DNA from: Candidatus Magasanikiibacteriota bacterium
GTDB lineage: Bacteria > Patescibacteriota > Patescibacteriia > Magasanikbacterales > GWA2-37-8
Assembly: GCA_943357105.1 (NCBI GenBank)
Contig: CALRGC010000001.1
Coordinates: forward strand, 17,045 to 81,044
Direction: 5' to 3'
Length of the DNA stretch: 64,000 nucleotides
Positions 18,350-27,866 of this stretch are shown piece by piece (position 1 is the stretch's first letter; each line of letters starts with the position of its first letter). A program made the position numbers and the translations under genes. A model generated the notes under the pieces. The model was not told where the DNA came from, ran no database searches, and worked only from the letters and a program-made list of their open reading frames with translations.

Positions 18350-19288
18350 TCAAAACAAATCGCTGATTGAATCGCCGTCGTGGGTACGGCGAACGGCCTT
18401 GGCGAAGAGGCCGGCGACCGACACGACCTCGAGCTTGTCACTCACCTTCCCTTTCAAGGGGATGGTGTCGCTGACGAGCACCCGCTCGATGATGCTCTGG
18501 TTGATGCGGTCGATGGCCGGTCCAGAGAGGACCCCGTGGGTGGCCACGACCCGGACCGACAAGGCCCCGCGGTCCATGACGAACTTGGCGGCTTCCACGA
18601 TGGTCCCGCCCGTAGCAATTTCGTCATCCACGATGATCGCGTGCAGGCCACTGACATCCCCGATGAGGTTGGTGGCCGTCGCCTTGTCGTCGTCGCCGTA
18701 GCGGCGTTTGTCCACGACCGCGACTGGAAGTTGCAGACGATTGGCGAATTTGCCAATGTCCTTTGTTTCTCCCACATCGCCGGCGACCAGCACACAACCT
18801 TCCAGCTTCCACTGCTTCTTCATGTACTCGCAGAGCGTCGGCGCTCCCACCAGGTGATCGGTCGGGATGCGGAAGAAACCCTGGATCTGCGGGGAATGCA
18901 AGTCCATCATCATCACTCGATTGGCGCCAGCTGTATGCAGGAGATCGGCCATCAGGCGCGCCGTGATCGAGATCCGGGGCTTGTCCTTCTTGTCGGAGCG
19001 AGCATAGAAGTAGTAGGGCATGACGACCGTGATCCGATTCGCCGACGCGTGTTTGAGGGCGTCGACAGCGATGAGCATTTCCACAATGCCGTCGCTGACC
19101 GGAGGGGCCATGGTCTGGATGTAGAAGACATCACAGCCGCGGACATTTTCGCCGATCTGGACCATCAGATTCTCGTTGCTGAAGCGCACCGTCTTGCTCG
19201 GAGTGAGCTTGAGATCCAGATGACCGCAGATGTTCTCAGCGAAATGGGTGTGGCTGCTACCGGAGATGACGCGAATGTTGCCGTTCAT
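18350..19288 (-). CDS. prs: ribose-phosphate pyrophosphokinase (PRPP synthetase) at ~60% GC, atypical for this genome
   Basis: 312 aa full-length Prs; strong GC3 bias; TGA stop; overlapping antisense ORFs are GC artefacts. Confidence 0.9.
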   Translation of the reverse strand: MNGNIRVISGSSHTHFAENICGHLDLKLTPSKTVRFSNENLMVQIGENVRGCDVFYIQTMAPPVSDGIVEMLIAVDALKHASANRITVVMPYYFYARSDKKDKPRISITARLMADLLHTAGANRVMMMDLHSPQIQGFFRIPTDHLVGAPTLCEYMKKQWKLEGCVLVAGDVGETKDIGKFANRLQLPVAVVDKRRYGDDDKATATNLIGDVSGLHAIIVDDEIATGGTIVEAAKFVMDRGALSVRVVATHGVLSGPAIDRINQSIIERVLVSDTIPLKGKVSDKLEVVSVAGLFAKAVRRTHDGDSISDLF

Positions 19289-19431
19289 GGTGTTTCCTCA
19301 CTTTGAAAAGAGCGTTTGGGTACGAAAAACGATCCGCCTTGGATCGTTGCTGAGTTGTTAATTATATTAAACCTTCCAATACTCATAATGTCAATCAAGT
19401 GTCAATATATTTTTGTTTACTTTTGTTATAC

Positions 19432-19466
19432 CTTGACTTTTTGATAAAATAATATATAATATGGTT
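19432..19466 (+). promoter_or_regulatory. promoter TTGACT-17-TATAAT upstream of tRNA-Glu
   Basis: ttgactttttgataaaataatatataat. Confidence 0.5.
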
Positions 19467-19472
19467 CGTAAT

Positions 19473-19544
19473 GGCCTCATCGTCTAATGGTTAGGACAGC
19501 TCGCTTTCAATGAGCAAATACGAGTTCGATTCTCGTTGGGGCTA
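19473..19544 (+). tRNA. tRNA-Glu (anticodon UUC)
   Basis: Positions fit the standard cloverleaf numbering; anticodon loop CTTTCAA; T-loop TTCGATT; two G-U pairs in the acceptor stem. Confidence 0.75.
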
Positions 19545-19824
19545 CAAAACGGGTTTTACCTTCGGCGAAAGCCTTGGAAAGCTCAAAGGTTAGCGACAAT
19601 TTAGGTGTTCCATTAACTAAATTTTCGTAGGTTGGGAATTCCTTGAACAACAGGCCAAACATGGCCTGTTGTTTTGTCATATTATCGCTAACTATAAGGA
19701 AATACTCAGGGTGTTCCATTAAATATTTGACGTGATTTATAAACGCCTTAATTTCGTATTCTGTCACCTCAATTTCTTGTCTTTCTTCTTGAGTGTTTAT
19801 AATTCGTTTTTCTAAACCACTCAA
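19507..19824 (-). CDS. questionable ORF (105 aa) overlapping the 3' half of tRNA-Glu and its terminator
   Basis: Protein-like composition, but it spans a 12-bp perfect hairpin and 38 nt of the tRNA; probably spurious. Confidence 0.25.
   Translation of the reverse strand: MSGLEKRIINTQEERQEIEVTEYEIKAFINHVKYLMEHPEYFLIVSDNMTKQQAMFGLLFKEFPTYENLVNGTPKLSLTFELSKAFAEGKTRFVAPTRIELVFAH
19645..19678 (+). terminator. intrinsic terminator after tRNA-Glu (12-bp perfect stem plus T-tract)
   Basis: aacaacaggcca-aaca-tggcctgttgtt followed by ttgtcat. Confidence 0.65.
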
Positions 19825-20308
19825 GCGCGGTGACAGAGGCCATGACGTAGAACATTTGCAGATACTTTTGGCCAGCCATCCTTTTCTTTATAAAGAGGGG
19901 CTAATTACCGGATATTACAGCAATCTTACAGAGCGGGCAGTCTCGTCGTTTCAAGATCATTATAAACTCAATGTTCCGGTAGTAGGATTGGCCGATCTAC
20001 GCACCCTGAAAGAATTAGAGATGGTTTCGGCAGTTGAGCAAGTTGGCATTGCCGCGGACAAAGTAATATGGTTGGATAGTTTACGTTATGGTTCGGTAGG
20101 TGAAGATGTCGTGAGATTGCAAAAGGCTTTAATCAATTTTGAAAGTTATCCCGAAGCTTTGGTAACCGGATATTTTGGTCCACTTACTCGTAAAGCCGTA
20201 GCGCGTTTTCAAAAAGAACATTACATCTTTCCGGCGGTTGGGTACTTTGGCGCTGTAACACAGCATCGTATGCACGATCTGCTTAGAGCTCAGCGAGTGA
20301 CTTGGTAG
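19793..20308 (+). CDS. peptidoglycan-binding domain protein (two PG_binding_1 repeats); no good start codon, possibly N-terminally truncated
   Basis: Repeats GDRGHDVEHLQILLA...ITGYYSNLTERAVSSFQ and GSVGEDVVRLQKAL...VTGYFGPLTRKAVARFQ; only GTG/TTG starts available. Confidence 0.45.
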   Translation: MFIIRFSKPLKRGDRGHDVEHLQILLASHPFLYKEGLITGYYSNLTERAVSSFQDHYKLNVPVVGLADLRTLKELEMVSAVEQVGIAADKVIWLDSLRYGSVGEDVVRLQKALINFESYPEALVTGYFGPLTRKAVARFQKEHYIFPAVGYFGAVTQHRMHDLLRAQRVTW

Positions 20309-20447
20309 TCTGACTCTTGACAAAAACCATATTTTATGCTATACTTAACTGTTTTTAATCAACAGCCGTGACTTTCGCGGCCTAGACTCGAATCTCTTCA
20401 AGTGTCGCATTTATGTGGCCCCAAGTGAAATCGGGTCACATATATTT

Positions 20448-21743
20448 ATGACACAGATACAAAAAAGTATCACTAATTTTGGTGAATTGGGCTTAGCGCC
20501 CAAATTACTCTCGGTCCTTGAGACCAATGGTTTTATTCATCCGACACCTATTCAACAGCAGGCTATCCCGTTTGCTTTGCAAGGTAAAGATGTAGTAGGA
20601 ATAGCGCAAACCGGTACCGGCAAGACGCTGGCTTTTGGTTTGCCGATGATTCAGATTTTGTCTCGCAATAAGGGGCAAGGTTTGGTATTGGTCCCAACGC
20701 GCGAGCTCGCTTTGCAGGTAGAAGAAACTTTACAAAAAGTTGGTCGCTCAATTGGGTTGCAAACCGTGGTGCTAATTGGAGGCGCGCCAATGTATGCGCA
20801 GACTAGAGCTTTGCGTAATAGTCCGCATATTATTATCGCTACTCCTGGGCGTCTGATGGATCACATGGAGCAGAAGACGGTAAATTTACAAAATGTTAAA
20901 ATCGTGGTGCTTGATGAAGCCGATCGCATGTATGATATTGGTTTTGCTCCACAGGTAAAACAAATTTTGCGCGCGGTGCCAAGCGATCGTCAAAGTATGT
21001 TGTTTTCAGCGACTATGCCGACCGCGATTGCTTCTATTGCCACCCACTCGATGAAAAATCCGGTGCGCGTGGAAGTGGCACCGGTGGGTACGACTGCCAA
21101 ACTGATTGATCAAGCCATATATATGGTAGGCAAAGAATTACGCTTGCAGTTACTTGATTTTTTATTAGAAAAAGAACCAGGCACAGTGTTGGTTTTTTCT
21201 CGCACCAAACATGGCGCCAAAAAAATCGCGTCTGCTATTCGCAATATGAATCACACCGCGATGGAAATCCACTCGGATCGTTCGTTGGCTCAACGCCGCG
21301 CCGCACTCAGTGGATTTAAATCTGGCGCGCATCGCGTACTGGTAGCTACTGATATTGCCGCGCGCGGTATTGATGTAACTGGAATTTCTTTGGTTATAAA
21401 TTTTGATCTGCCAAATAATTCGGAAGACTATGTGCATCGCATTGGCCGTACTGGTCGTGCCGGTGCGTCTGGTCGGGCGGTTTCTTTTGCTTCGCCGGAT
21501 GAACGCGGCGTGTTGCGTGATATCGAACGCCTGATAAAAAAACCTTTACCAATTTTGGCTTTGCCGGTGTTGCCGCCAAAGCGTCCTCAATCCAATTCGG
21601 CTCATACTATGAATCATGAACCTCGTGTCCATAGTCACGCCAATCACAGTCGACCAAGATGGGGAAATAATCAACGTGGTGGTGGAAACGGTCAGCGTAC
21701 CAATAAATTCTCTAATCCTCGTCACGCCCGCGGTCGCTACTAA
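20448..21743 (+). CDS. DEAD-box ATP-dependent RNA helicase
   Basis: Motifs AQTGTGKT, DEAD, SAT, HRIGRTGRAG; basic C-terminal tail. Confidence 0.9.
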   Translation: MTQIQKSITNFGELGLAPKLLSVLETNGFIHPTPIQQQAIPFALQGKDVVGIAQTGTGKTLAFGLPMIQILSRNKGQGLVLVPTRELALQVEETLQKVGRSIGLQTVVLIGGAPMYAQTRALRNSPHIIIATPGRLMDHMEQKTVNLQNVKIVVLDEADRMYDIGFAPQVKQILRAVPSDRQSMLFSATMPTAIASIATHSMKNPVRVEVAPVGTTAKLIDQAIYMVGKELRLQLLDFLLEKEPGTVLVFSRTKHGAKKIASAIRNMNHTAMEIHSDRSLAQRRAALSGFKSGAHRVLVATDIAARGIDVTGISLVINFDLPNNSEDYVHRIGRTGRAGASGRAVSFASPDERGVLRDIERLIKKPLPILALPVLPPKRPQSNSAHTMNHEPRVHSHANHSRPRWGNNQRGGGNGQRTNKFSNPRHARGRY

Positions 21744-21756
21744 TTTTATAAGTTTA

Positions 21757-21789
21757 AGCTCCTCCAGAATTTGGGGGAGCTTTTTGTTT
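21757..21789 (+). terminator. intrinsic terminator after the helicase
   Basis: agctcc...ggagct stem plus T-tract. Confidence 0.6.
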
Positions 21790-21900
21790 ACCATTGACTT
21801 TTTGGCTTAAGTATGATTAAATATTGTCCATGTTGTGCCGCCACTTCGGTTGCATGATGAGTCCAGCACCTGTATGGTGCGTTTCCCAGGAGTTATCCCA

Positions 21901-22071
21901 TGGCCAAGACCCGCGAGTTCGACCGCATCCCGTTCGCCGAGATCACCAAGAAGTTCCGGCAGGACAAGCTGAACGCCAATACGGCTTCTAGCCGTCCGAC
22001 CAAGCGTCGCCGCGAGAACCGGACCCAGGTCCAGTTCGTGCGGCCTGTCCGTCGCCGCAAGCAGTCGTAGG
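21901..22071 (+). CDS. small basic protein (56 aa) in a ~62% GC island with an AGGAG RBS
   Basis: MAKTREFDRIPFAEITKKFRQDKLNANTASSRPTKRRRENRTQVQFVRPVRRRKQS; GC3-biased; not in the ORF track (<60 aa). Confidence 0.4.
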
Positions 22072-22194
22072 CGGGCCTCTCCGCCGCTGTTCCTTGCGGG
22101 CAACCGCAGCAGGGCGTTGCGGTTCTCCTCCAGACCGTTCGCCTTCGCTATCTGCAAACAAATTTTGTTTTCAGATAGCGCGAACGATCTCTTA

Positions 22195-22229
22195 TAAAAA
22201 CATCCCTATTTCATAGGGATGTTTTTTTT
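22195..22229. terminator. bidirectional intrinsic terminator (catccctat-ttc-atagggatg with A- and T-tracts)
   Basis: Perfect 9-bp stem between an A-tract and a T-tract. Confidence 0.7.
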
Positions 22230-22254
22230 GTTATACTATCTTTATCAATTTTAT

Positions 22255-23298
22255 ATGTATAAACAATTAATTTTTCCCATCCTTTCTAAATTCGACCCCG
22301 AAGACGCCCATAATTTTATTTTTTCTTTTCTTAAAATAATTTTTCGTTTTCCCGGCGCCGGCTTGATAACTAAAAAAATTTATAGCGTCCAGAATAAAAA
22401 ATTAGAGCGTACGGTTTTTGGTTTGAAATTTAAAAATCCGGTTGGTCTGGCCGCCGGACTGGACAAAGGCGCCAAACTCTTTGAAGAACTAGCTTGTTTT
22501 GGTTTTGGCTTTATTGAAATTGGTACCGTCACTCCCAAGCCCCAGCCCGGCAATGATCGCCCGCGTCTTTTTCGTCTCAAGAGCGATGAAGCACTTATCA
22601 ATCGTATGGGTTTTAATGGCGAAGGGGTGCAAGCGGTGGTGGAGCGTCTGAAAAAAAGAAGCAACTATGAGGTAGTGATTGGTGGCAATATTGGAAAAAA
22701 TAAAGTAACCAGCAATGAAGAAGCGGTCAATGATTATGAAATTTGTTTTAATGAGCTTTTTCCTTGGGTTGATTATTTTGTTGTCAATGTTAGCTCGCCC
22801 AATACTCCCGGGTTACGCGCTCTGCAAGATAAAGAGCCACTCACAAAATTATTATGCCATTTGCAAAAATTAAATTGGCAAAAAGATAATCCCAAACCGA
22901 TTTTATTAAAAATTGCGCCCGATCTTACCAACGAACAGCTGGATGATATTATTGAAATTATCAAAAATACAAAAATTGATGGCGTGATTGCGACCAATAC
23001 TACTATTGAAAGAGGGGGACTAAAAATATCTTCGGCAGAAATTGAAAAAATCGGTATGGGTGGATTGAGTGGTCGTCCACTAATGAAGCGCAGTACTGAG
23101 GTCGTTCGTTATCTGGCCGATAAATCCGGACATAGTTTTCCGATAATCGCGGCGGGTGGTATTCATACTTCGGCCGATGCGATTGAAAAAATAAAAGCAG
23201 GCGCCACTTTGGTACAAATTTATACCGGTTTTATTTACGAAGGCCCGGCATTGATCAAAAAAATCAATCGAGCCATCTTGTCCACAGAGGTGGTTTGA
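22255..23298 (+). CDS. pyrD: dihydroorotate dehydrogenase (class 2-like)
   Basis: PyrD family; start trimmed to [10 protein letters not shown] because the longer ORF begins inside the terminator T-tract. Confidence 0.85.
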   Translation: MYKQLIFPILSKFDPEDAHNFIFSFLKIIFRFPGAGLITKKIYSVQNKKLERTVFGLKFKNPVGLAAGLDKGAKLFEELACFGFGFIEIGTVTPKPQPGNDRPRLFRLKSDEALINRMGFNGEGVQAVVERLKKRSNYEVVIGGNIGKNKVTSNEEAVNDYEICFNELFPWVDYFVVNVSSPNTPGLRALQDKEPLTKLLCHLQKLNWQKDNPKPILLKIAPDLTNEQLDDIIEIIKNTKIDGVIATNTTIERGGLKISSAEIEKIGMGGLSGRPLMKRSTEVVRYLADKSGHSFPIIAAGGIHTSADAIEKIKAGATLVQIYTGFIYEGPALIKKINRAILSTEVV

Positions 23299-23371
23299 CG
23301 GGAAAAATTTTAAGAATTATCATACCATCATATATTGGTAAATTATATATATCTATTTTTAAATTTTTAAT

Positions 23372-23602
23372 ATGGGTGTTGAAATTTGGAATCGTGAAGA
23401 AGGAGATTGGGAAGAAGGTTGGAGTACGACAAAAAAGAAAAAACCAGCTGATCAGCCCAAGCCTGAGGATATGCCTGATATTCGAGATTTACCGGAGTTG
23501 GGAATTATTCCAGCGGTGCCGAATAAGAGAAATAATGATCGACCTGGGTCTGGCAGATTGCCTGGTGAATTAAATAAAGATAAAAAAGAAGATGTAAATT
23601 AA
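23372..23602 (+). CDS. hypothetical low-complexity acidic/basic protein
   Basis: 76-aa ORF with ATG start just upstream of the DoxX gene. Confidence 0.35.
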   Translation: MGVEIWNREEGDWEEGWSTTKKKKPADQPKPEDMPDIRDLPELGIIPAVPNKRNNDRPGSGRLPGELNKDKKEDVN

Positions 23603-23605
23603 AAT

Positions 23606-24013
23606 ATGAATAATCAAAAATTATCTTCGTTGGCTCCGTTGGTTTTGCGCCTAGGGATGGGCGTGGTGGTGGCGTGGTTTGGTACTTCGCAAATTCACAA
23701 TCCGGCTGATTGGGCGGACTTAGTACCGGGCTGGGCGTCTGATCTATCTGGATTGAGTGGTTTGTTAATTGTTAATATTAATCGTTGGTTTGAGGTGATT
23801 GCCGCCTTGTTGTTGGCCTTGGGTTTTTGGGTGCGTTGGGTAGGATTACTTTTGGCCGTTCATTTGTTTGTGATTGCCAGTACTTTTGGCTTCACCAGTC
23901 CCACCGGTATTCGAGATTATGGTTTGAGCTTCGCCCTACTTTCAATTTTTTTTGCCGGTCAAGATAAATATTGTCTTGGTAAGAAAGAAGTGGTAGTCAC
24001 GGAAAATAAATAA
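23606..24013 (+). CDS. DoxX-family membrane protein
   Basis: 135 aa; DoxX-like TM helices (LVLRLGMGVVVAWFGTSQI). Confidence 0.7.
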   Translation: MNNQKLSSLAPLVLRLGMGVVVAWFGTSQIHNPADWADLVPGWASDLSGLSGLLIVNINRWFEVIAALLLALGFWVRWVGLLLAVHLFVIASTFGFTSPTGIRDYGLSFALLSIFFAGQDKYCLGKKEVVVTENK

Positions 24014-24064
24014 TTTTTTTAACAAAAAATACCCTCGATATATTTCCAGGGTATTTTATTTTTA

Positions 24065-24580
24065 TTATTCTACAGTCAAAGTGCCGGTCATATCACGGTG
24101 ACCTTCGCCGCATGGTACGCCACAGCGGAAATTGAAAGTGCCGGCTTTGTCGGCGACAAATTCTACCGTCTGGGTCTGTCCAGGTTCGAGCATCACATTC
24201 AGATTATAATCTTTTAGCATAAAACTGTGGGTCACATCAGTGCTGGTAATTGTCAGGCGAACTTTATCACCTTTTTTTACCGTAATATTATTGGGCGCAA
24301 ATTGCCAATCTTTGGCGGTGATAGTAAACTCTTTTATTGTTTCTTTGGCTGGGGTTGAGACAGGGGCGGGAGCGGGAGTCGGGACGACAGTCTTAGCCAC
24401 TGGCGGTTTTGCTATTGTGGCATTTGTGCCAAGATTTTGATTCTGCTCAGCAGTAGTATTTTTTTCTTCGCCTTTTTCTTGGGCGTTCAAATTATTTGGA
24501 GTAGATGAATTACAACCTGCCCCCATGAGCATTAAAGCGGCTACGGTTCCAGCCAACAAACCAAACTGTTTTTTGTTCAT
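24065..24580 (-). CDS. cupredoxin-fold copper-binding lipoprotein (COX2/CuA-like ligand pattern)
   Basis: Lipobox LMGAGC; H...C-x3-C-x3-H-x2-M (THSFM...FRCGVPCGEGHRDM). Confidence 0.65.
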   Translation of the reverse strand: MNKKQFGLLAGTVAALMLMGAGCNSSTPNNLNAQEKGEEKNTTAEQNQNLGTNATIAKPPVAKTVVPTPAPAPVSTPAKETIKEFTITAKDWQFAPNNITVKKGDKVRLTITSTDVTHSFMLKDYNLNVMLEPGQTQTVEFVADKAGTFNFRCGVPCGEGHRDMTGTLTVE

Positions 24581-24742
24581 ATTTATTAAAATTATGAATT
24601 ATAAATCTAATTATAGATGATTTTTTGAATCCAAGCAACCGGCTGTTTTTTTCAGGATTTCAACCTTTATTACAGCTGTTTTTGCTCTTTTATTTCAATT
24701 AGTTTAGGTCTTGTCTAAATTTTCAATAGTGTGTAAGATAAT

Positions 24743-26404
24743 ATGGTAAAATTAACCTTTTTTATGAAAGCATCGGATTTATTTATCAAATGTTTGGAGG
24801 CTGAGGGCGTTAAGTATGTGTTTGGTGTACCGGGGGAAGAGAATCTGGACTTGCTTGAATCAATGCGTCAGTCGAGTATAAAATTTATTACTACCCGTCA
24901 TGAGCAAGCGGCGGTTTTTATGGCGGCTACTTTTGGACGATTGACTGGTAAGGCTGGGGTAGCTTTGTCTACCTTGGGTCCAGGCGCGACTAATCTGGTC
25001 ACTGGTGTGGCCTATGCTCAGTTGGGTGGGATGCCACTTCTGGTAATTACTGGCCAGAAACCAATTCGTAAAAGTAAACAGGGTCGATTTCAAATCGTCG
25101 ATATTGTGCAGATGATGACTCCACTTACAAAAATGTCAGAGACGATTGTGAGCGCCGACCGAATTCCATCTTTGATCCGCCAAGCTTTCAAGGTGGCTGA
25201 ATCGGAATTACCAGGAGCGGTACATTTGGAATTACCGGAAGATATCGCGGTAGAAGAAAGTGATACGCTGCCCATAGTGCCGGTAAAAATTCGTCGCGCC
25301 GGTCCTGATCCCAAAGCGATAAATATGGCGTTTGAATTATTGAAACAAGCGCAGTCACCAATAGTGTTGATTGCCGCTGGCGCCAATCGTAAATTGGTGC
25401 GCAAACATTTGCAAGCCTTTTTGGATAAAACTAAGATTCCTTTTATTTCCACGCAGATGGGCAAAGGAGTGGTCGATGAAGCATCGGAACTTTATTTGGG
25501 TACGACTGCTCTAAGCACGGGAGATTTTGTTCATAAGATGTTACAAAAATCCGATTGTGTGCTGGTGGTCGGCCATAATATCAATGAAAAACCGCCGGTA
25601 GGGTTGAGTTCTCAAGAGCGTAATGTGATTCATCTGAATTTTAACGAAGCCGATGTAGATGATGTTTATATTCCGACACTCGAAGTAGTGGGCGATGTCG
25701 CGCATTCTATTTGGGCGTTGACCGAAGATATTACGCCCTCACCGCACTGGAATTTTGATTATTTTTATAGTCTGAAAAATAAATTACAAGAACATATCAA
25801 TGAAAAAAGTGCTGATGATAGTTTTCCTCTCAAGCCGCAACGGTTGGTGGCTGATTTGCAGGCAGTATTACCAAATGACGCTATTATGGCTCTAGATAAC
25901 GGCATGTATAAATTATGGATAGCTCGTCACTATAGTGCCCATGGACAAAATACCGTGTTGCTCGATAATGCTTTGGCCACAATGGGCGCGGGATTGCCCG
26001 GAGCAATGGGAGCCAAAATTTTATTTCCTGACAAAGCGGTGGTAGCTTTGGTTGGTGATGGTGGTTTGATGATGTCGGCTCAGGAAATTGAGACCGCTAT
26101 GCGCTTGAAATTAAATCTCGTCGTAGTGATAGTCAATGATAATGGTTATGGGATGATCAAATGGAAACAGCAAGGTGCTAAGTTTGATAATTTTGCTTTG
26201 GAATTTGGCAATCCAGATTTTGTGAAATTCGCCGAAAGTTTTGGTGCGCGTGGAGTGCGCGTGGAGAGTGCGCATGAATTCAGAGAAAAATTAAAATACG
26301 CTTTAGAGAATGGTGGTTTTTGGTTGATTGATTGTCCCGTAGATTATAGCGAAAATATTTTGGTTTTTGACAAAGAATTAAAAGAAAAGACTAAAGATTT
26401 ATAA
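24743..26404 (+). CDS. thiamine-diphosphate enzyme of the acetolactate synthase / 2-oxoacid decarboxylase family
   Basis: 553 aa; TPP N, M and C domains (GDGGLMMSAQEIETA...NDNGYGMI). Confidence 0.85.
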   Translation: MVKLTFFMKASDLFIKCLEAEGVKYVFGVPGEENLDLLESMRQSSIKFITTRHEQAAVFMAATFGRLTGKAGVALSTLGPGATNLVTGVAYAQLGGMPLLVITGQKPIRKSKQGRFQIVDIVQMMTPLTKMSETIVSADRIPSLIRQAFKVAESELPGAVHLELPEDIAVEESDTLPIVPVKIRRAGPDPKAINMAFELLKQAQSPIVLIAAGANRKLVRKHLQAFLDKTKIPFISTQMGKGVVDEASELYLGTTALSTGDFVHKMLQKSDCVLVVGHNINEKPPVGLSSQERNVIHLNFNEADVDDVYIPTLEVVGDVAHSIWALTEDITPSPHWNFDYFYSLKNKLQEHINEKSADDSFPLKPQRLVADLQAVLPNDAIMALDNGMYKLWIARHYSAHGQNTVLLDNALATMGAGLPGAMGAKILFPDKAVVALVGDGGLMMSAQEIETAMRLKLNLVVVIVNDNGYGMIKWKQQGAKFDNFALEFGNPDFVKFAESFGARGVRVESAHEFREKLKYALENGGFWLIDCPVDYSENILVFDKELKEKTKDL

Positions 26405-26405
26405 T

Positions 26406-27776
26406 ATGGTAATAATTTCTAAAAGTCCGGTCACTTGTGAAGTATTTGCTCAATTTTCTGAACTGAGTGGTGATGAAATAGAAAAAAAATTAGCGCTAGC
26501 GCGTAGTGTTTTTTTGAGTTGGCGTCAAACTAGCCTGGAAGAACGCGCGGTTTTGATGAGAAAAGTGGCGATAAAATTGCGTGAACAAAAAAATGATTTG
26601 GCCATTTTGATGGCGCAGGAGATGGGGAAAATTATCAAAGCCGGGCAAGCCGAAATAGAAAAATGTGCCAGTGTGTGCGATTATTACGCGGATAATGCCG
26701 CCAAATTTTTAGCATCAGATATTATTGCCACTGAAGCCAAAGAAAGTTTTGTCCGTTTTGATCCATTGGGTCCGGTGTTGGCGGTAATGCCGTGGAATTT
26801 TCCTTTTTGGCAAGTGTTGCGTTTTGCCGCGCCCGCGCTGATGGCCGGTAATGTTGGTTTGCTCAAACACGCTTCCAATGTGCCGCGCTGTGCTTTGGCT
26901 ATTGAAAAAATTTTTATTGATTGCGGATTTCCGGTGGGAATTTTTCAAACTTTATTAATTGGATCCGGTGCGGTAGAAAAAGTAGTTTTAGATGATAGAA
27001 TCGCGGCCGTGACTTTGACCGGTAGTGAATTTGCGGGTAGTCAGGTAGCCGCCGCCGCTGGTAAAGCGCTCAAAAAATGTGTGCTGGAATTGGGCGGCAG
27101 TGATCCGTTTATTGTTTTGGCTGACGCGGATTTAGTCGGGGCCGTAAAAGCGGCCGCTACAGCCAGAATGCAAAATAATGTTGGACAAAGTTGTATCGCT
27201 TCCAAAAGATTTATTGTGGAAGAATCGGTCGCGGCGGAATTTACCGCTGGTTTGGTCAAAGAATTTTCCGCATTAAAGGTGGGGGATCCCATACTCCCTG
27301 ATGTTAATGTTGGACCACTGGTAAACGAAACTGCTTTGAAAGAAATAGATAATCAAGTGCAAAAAACTTTGGCCATGGGGGCAAAATTAGAATTTGGTGG
27401 AAGTAGAGTGGGGGAAGTTGGAAATTTTTATTTGCCAACGGTGGTGAGTGGTGTTACTCAAGAAATGCCTTTATTCTCCGAAGAAGTTTTCGGCCCGGTA
27501 GCGCCTATTATGGTGGTAAAAAATTCAGATGAAGCTATAGCTGTCGCCAATAATTCTGCCTATGGTTTAGGGGCCACTATTTGGACTATGGATTTGGATA
27601 AGGCCAAAAGAATGGCTTCTCAAATAGACAGTGGTAGCGTGTATATTAATGGTGCCATGAAATCGGATGTGCGTTTGCCGTTTGGGGGGATAAAAAAGTC
27701 TGGTTTTGGGCGTGAGCTTGGATCTTATGGGATCAGAGAATTTGTTAATGTAAAGACGGTAGTGGTAGAAAAGTAA
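26406..27776 (+). CDS. NAD(P)-dependent aldehyde dehydrogenase (succinate-semialdehyde dehydrogenase-like)
   Basis: 456 aa; ALDH motifs ELGGSDP and catalytic Cys region (GQSCIASKR). Confidence 0.85.
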   Translation: MVIISKSPVTCEVFAQFSELSGDEIEKKLALARSVFLSWRQTSLEERAVLMRKVAIKLREQKNDLAILMAQEMGKIIKAGQAEIEKCASVCDYYADNAAKFLASDIIATEAKESFVRFDPLGPVLAVMPWNFPFWQVLRFAAPALMAGNVGLLKHASNVPRCALAIEKIFIDCGFPVGIFQTLLIGSGAVEKVVLDDRIAAVTLTGSEFAGSQVAAAAGKALKKCVLELGGSDPFIVLADADLVGAVKAAATARMQNNVGQSCIASKRFIVEESVAAEFTAGLVKEFSALKVGDPILPDVNVGPLVNETALKEIDNQVQKTLAMGAKLEFGGSRVGEVGNFYLPTVVSGVTQEMPLFSEEVFGPVAPIMVVKNSDEAIAVANNSAYGLGATIWTMDLDKAKRMASQIDSGSVYINGAMKSDVRLPFGGIKKSGFGRELGSYGIREFVNVKTVVVEK

Positions 27777-27866
27777 TTTTTGTGTGGATAGCTTATATTT
27801 ACCAACTACCTGTTTCTTGCTATAATTATATATAGTAATCAAGTTTAATTATTAAATTGTACACTT

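Noticed and set aside
18380-19306. Multiple long antisense and overlapping ORFs across the prs region, and similar ones at 6503-7037 and 38092-38385
   Set aside because: High GC content suppresses stop codons in all frames. Only the Prs frame (and the GC3-biased frame at 6530) has a coherent protein signature.
22219-22254. N-terminal extension of pyrD ([13 protein letters not shown])
   Set aside because: It is a translation of the terminator T-tract. The true start is the ATG at 22255 ([10 protein letters not shown]).
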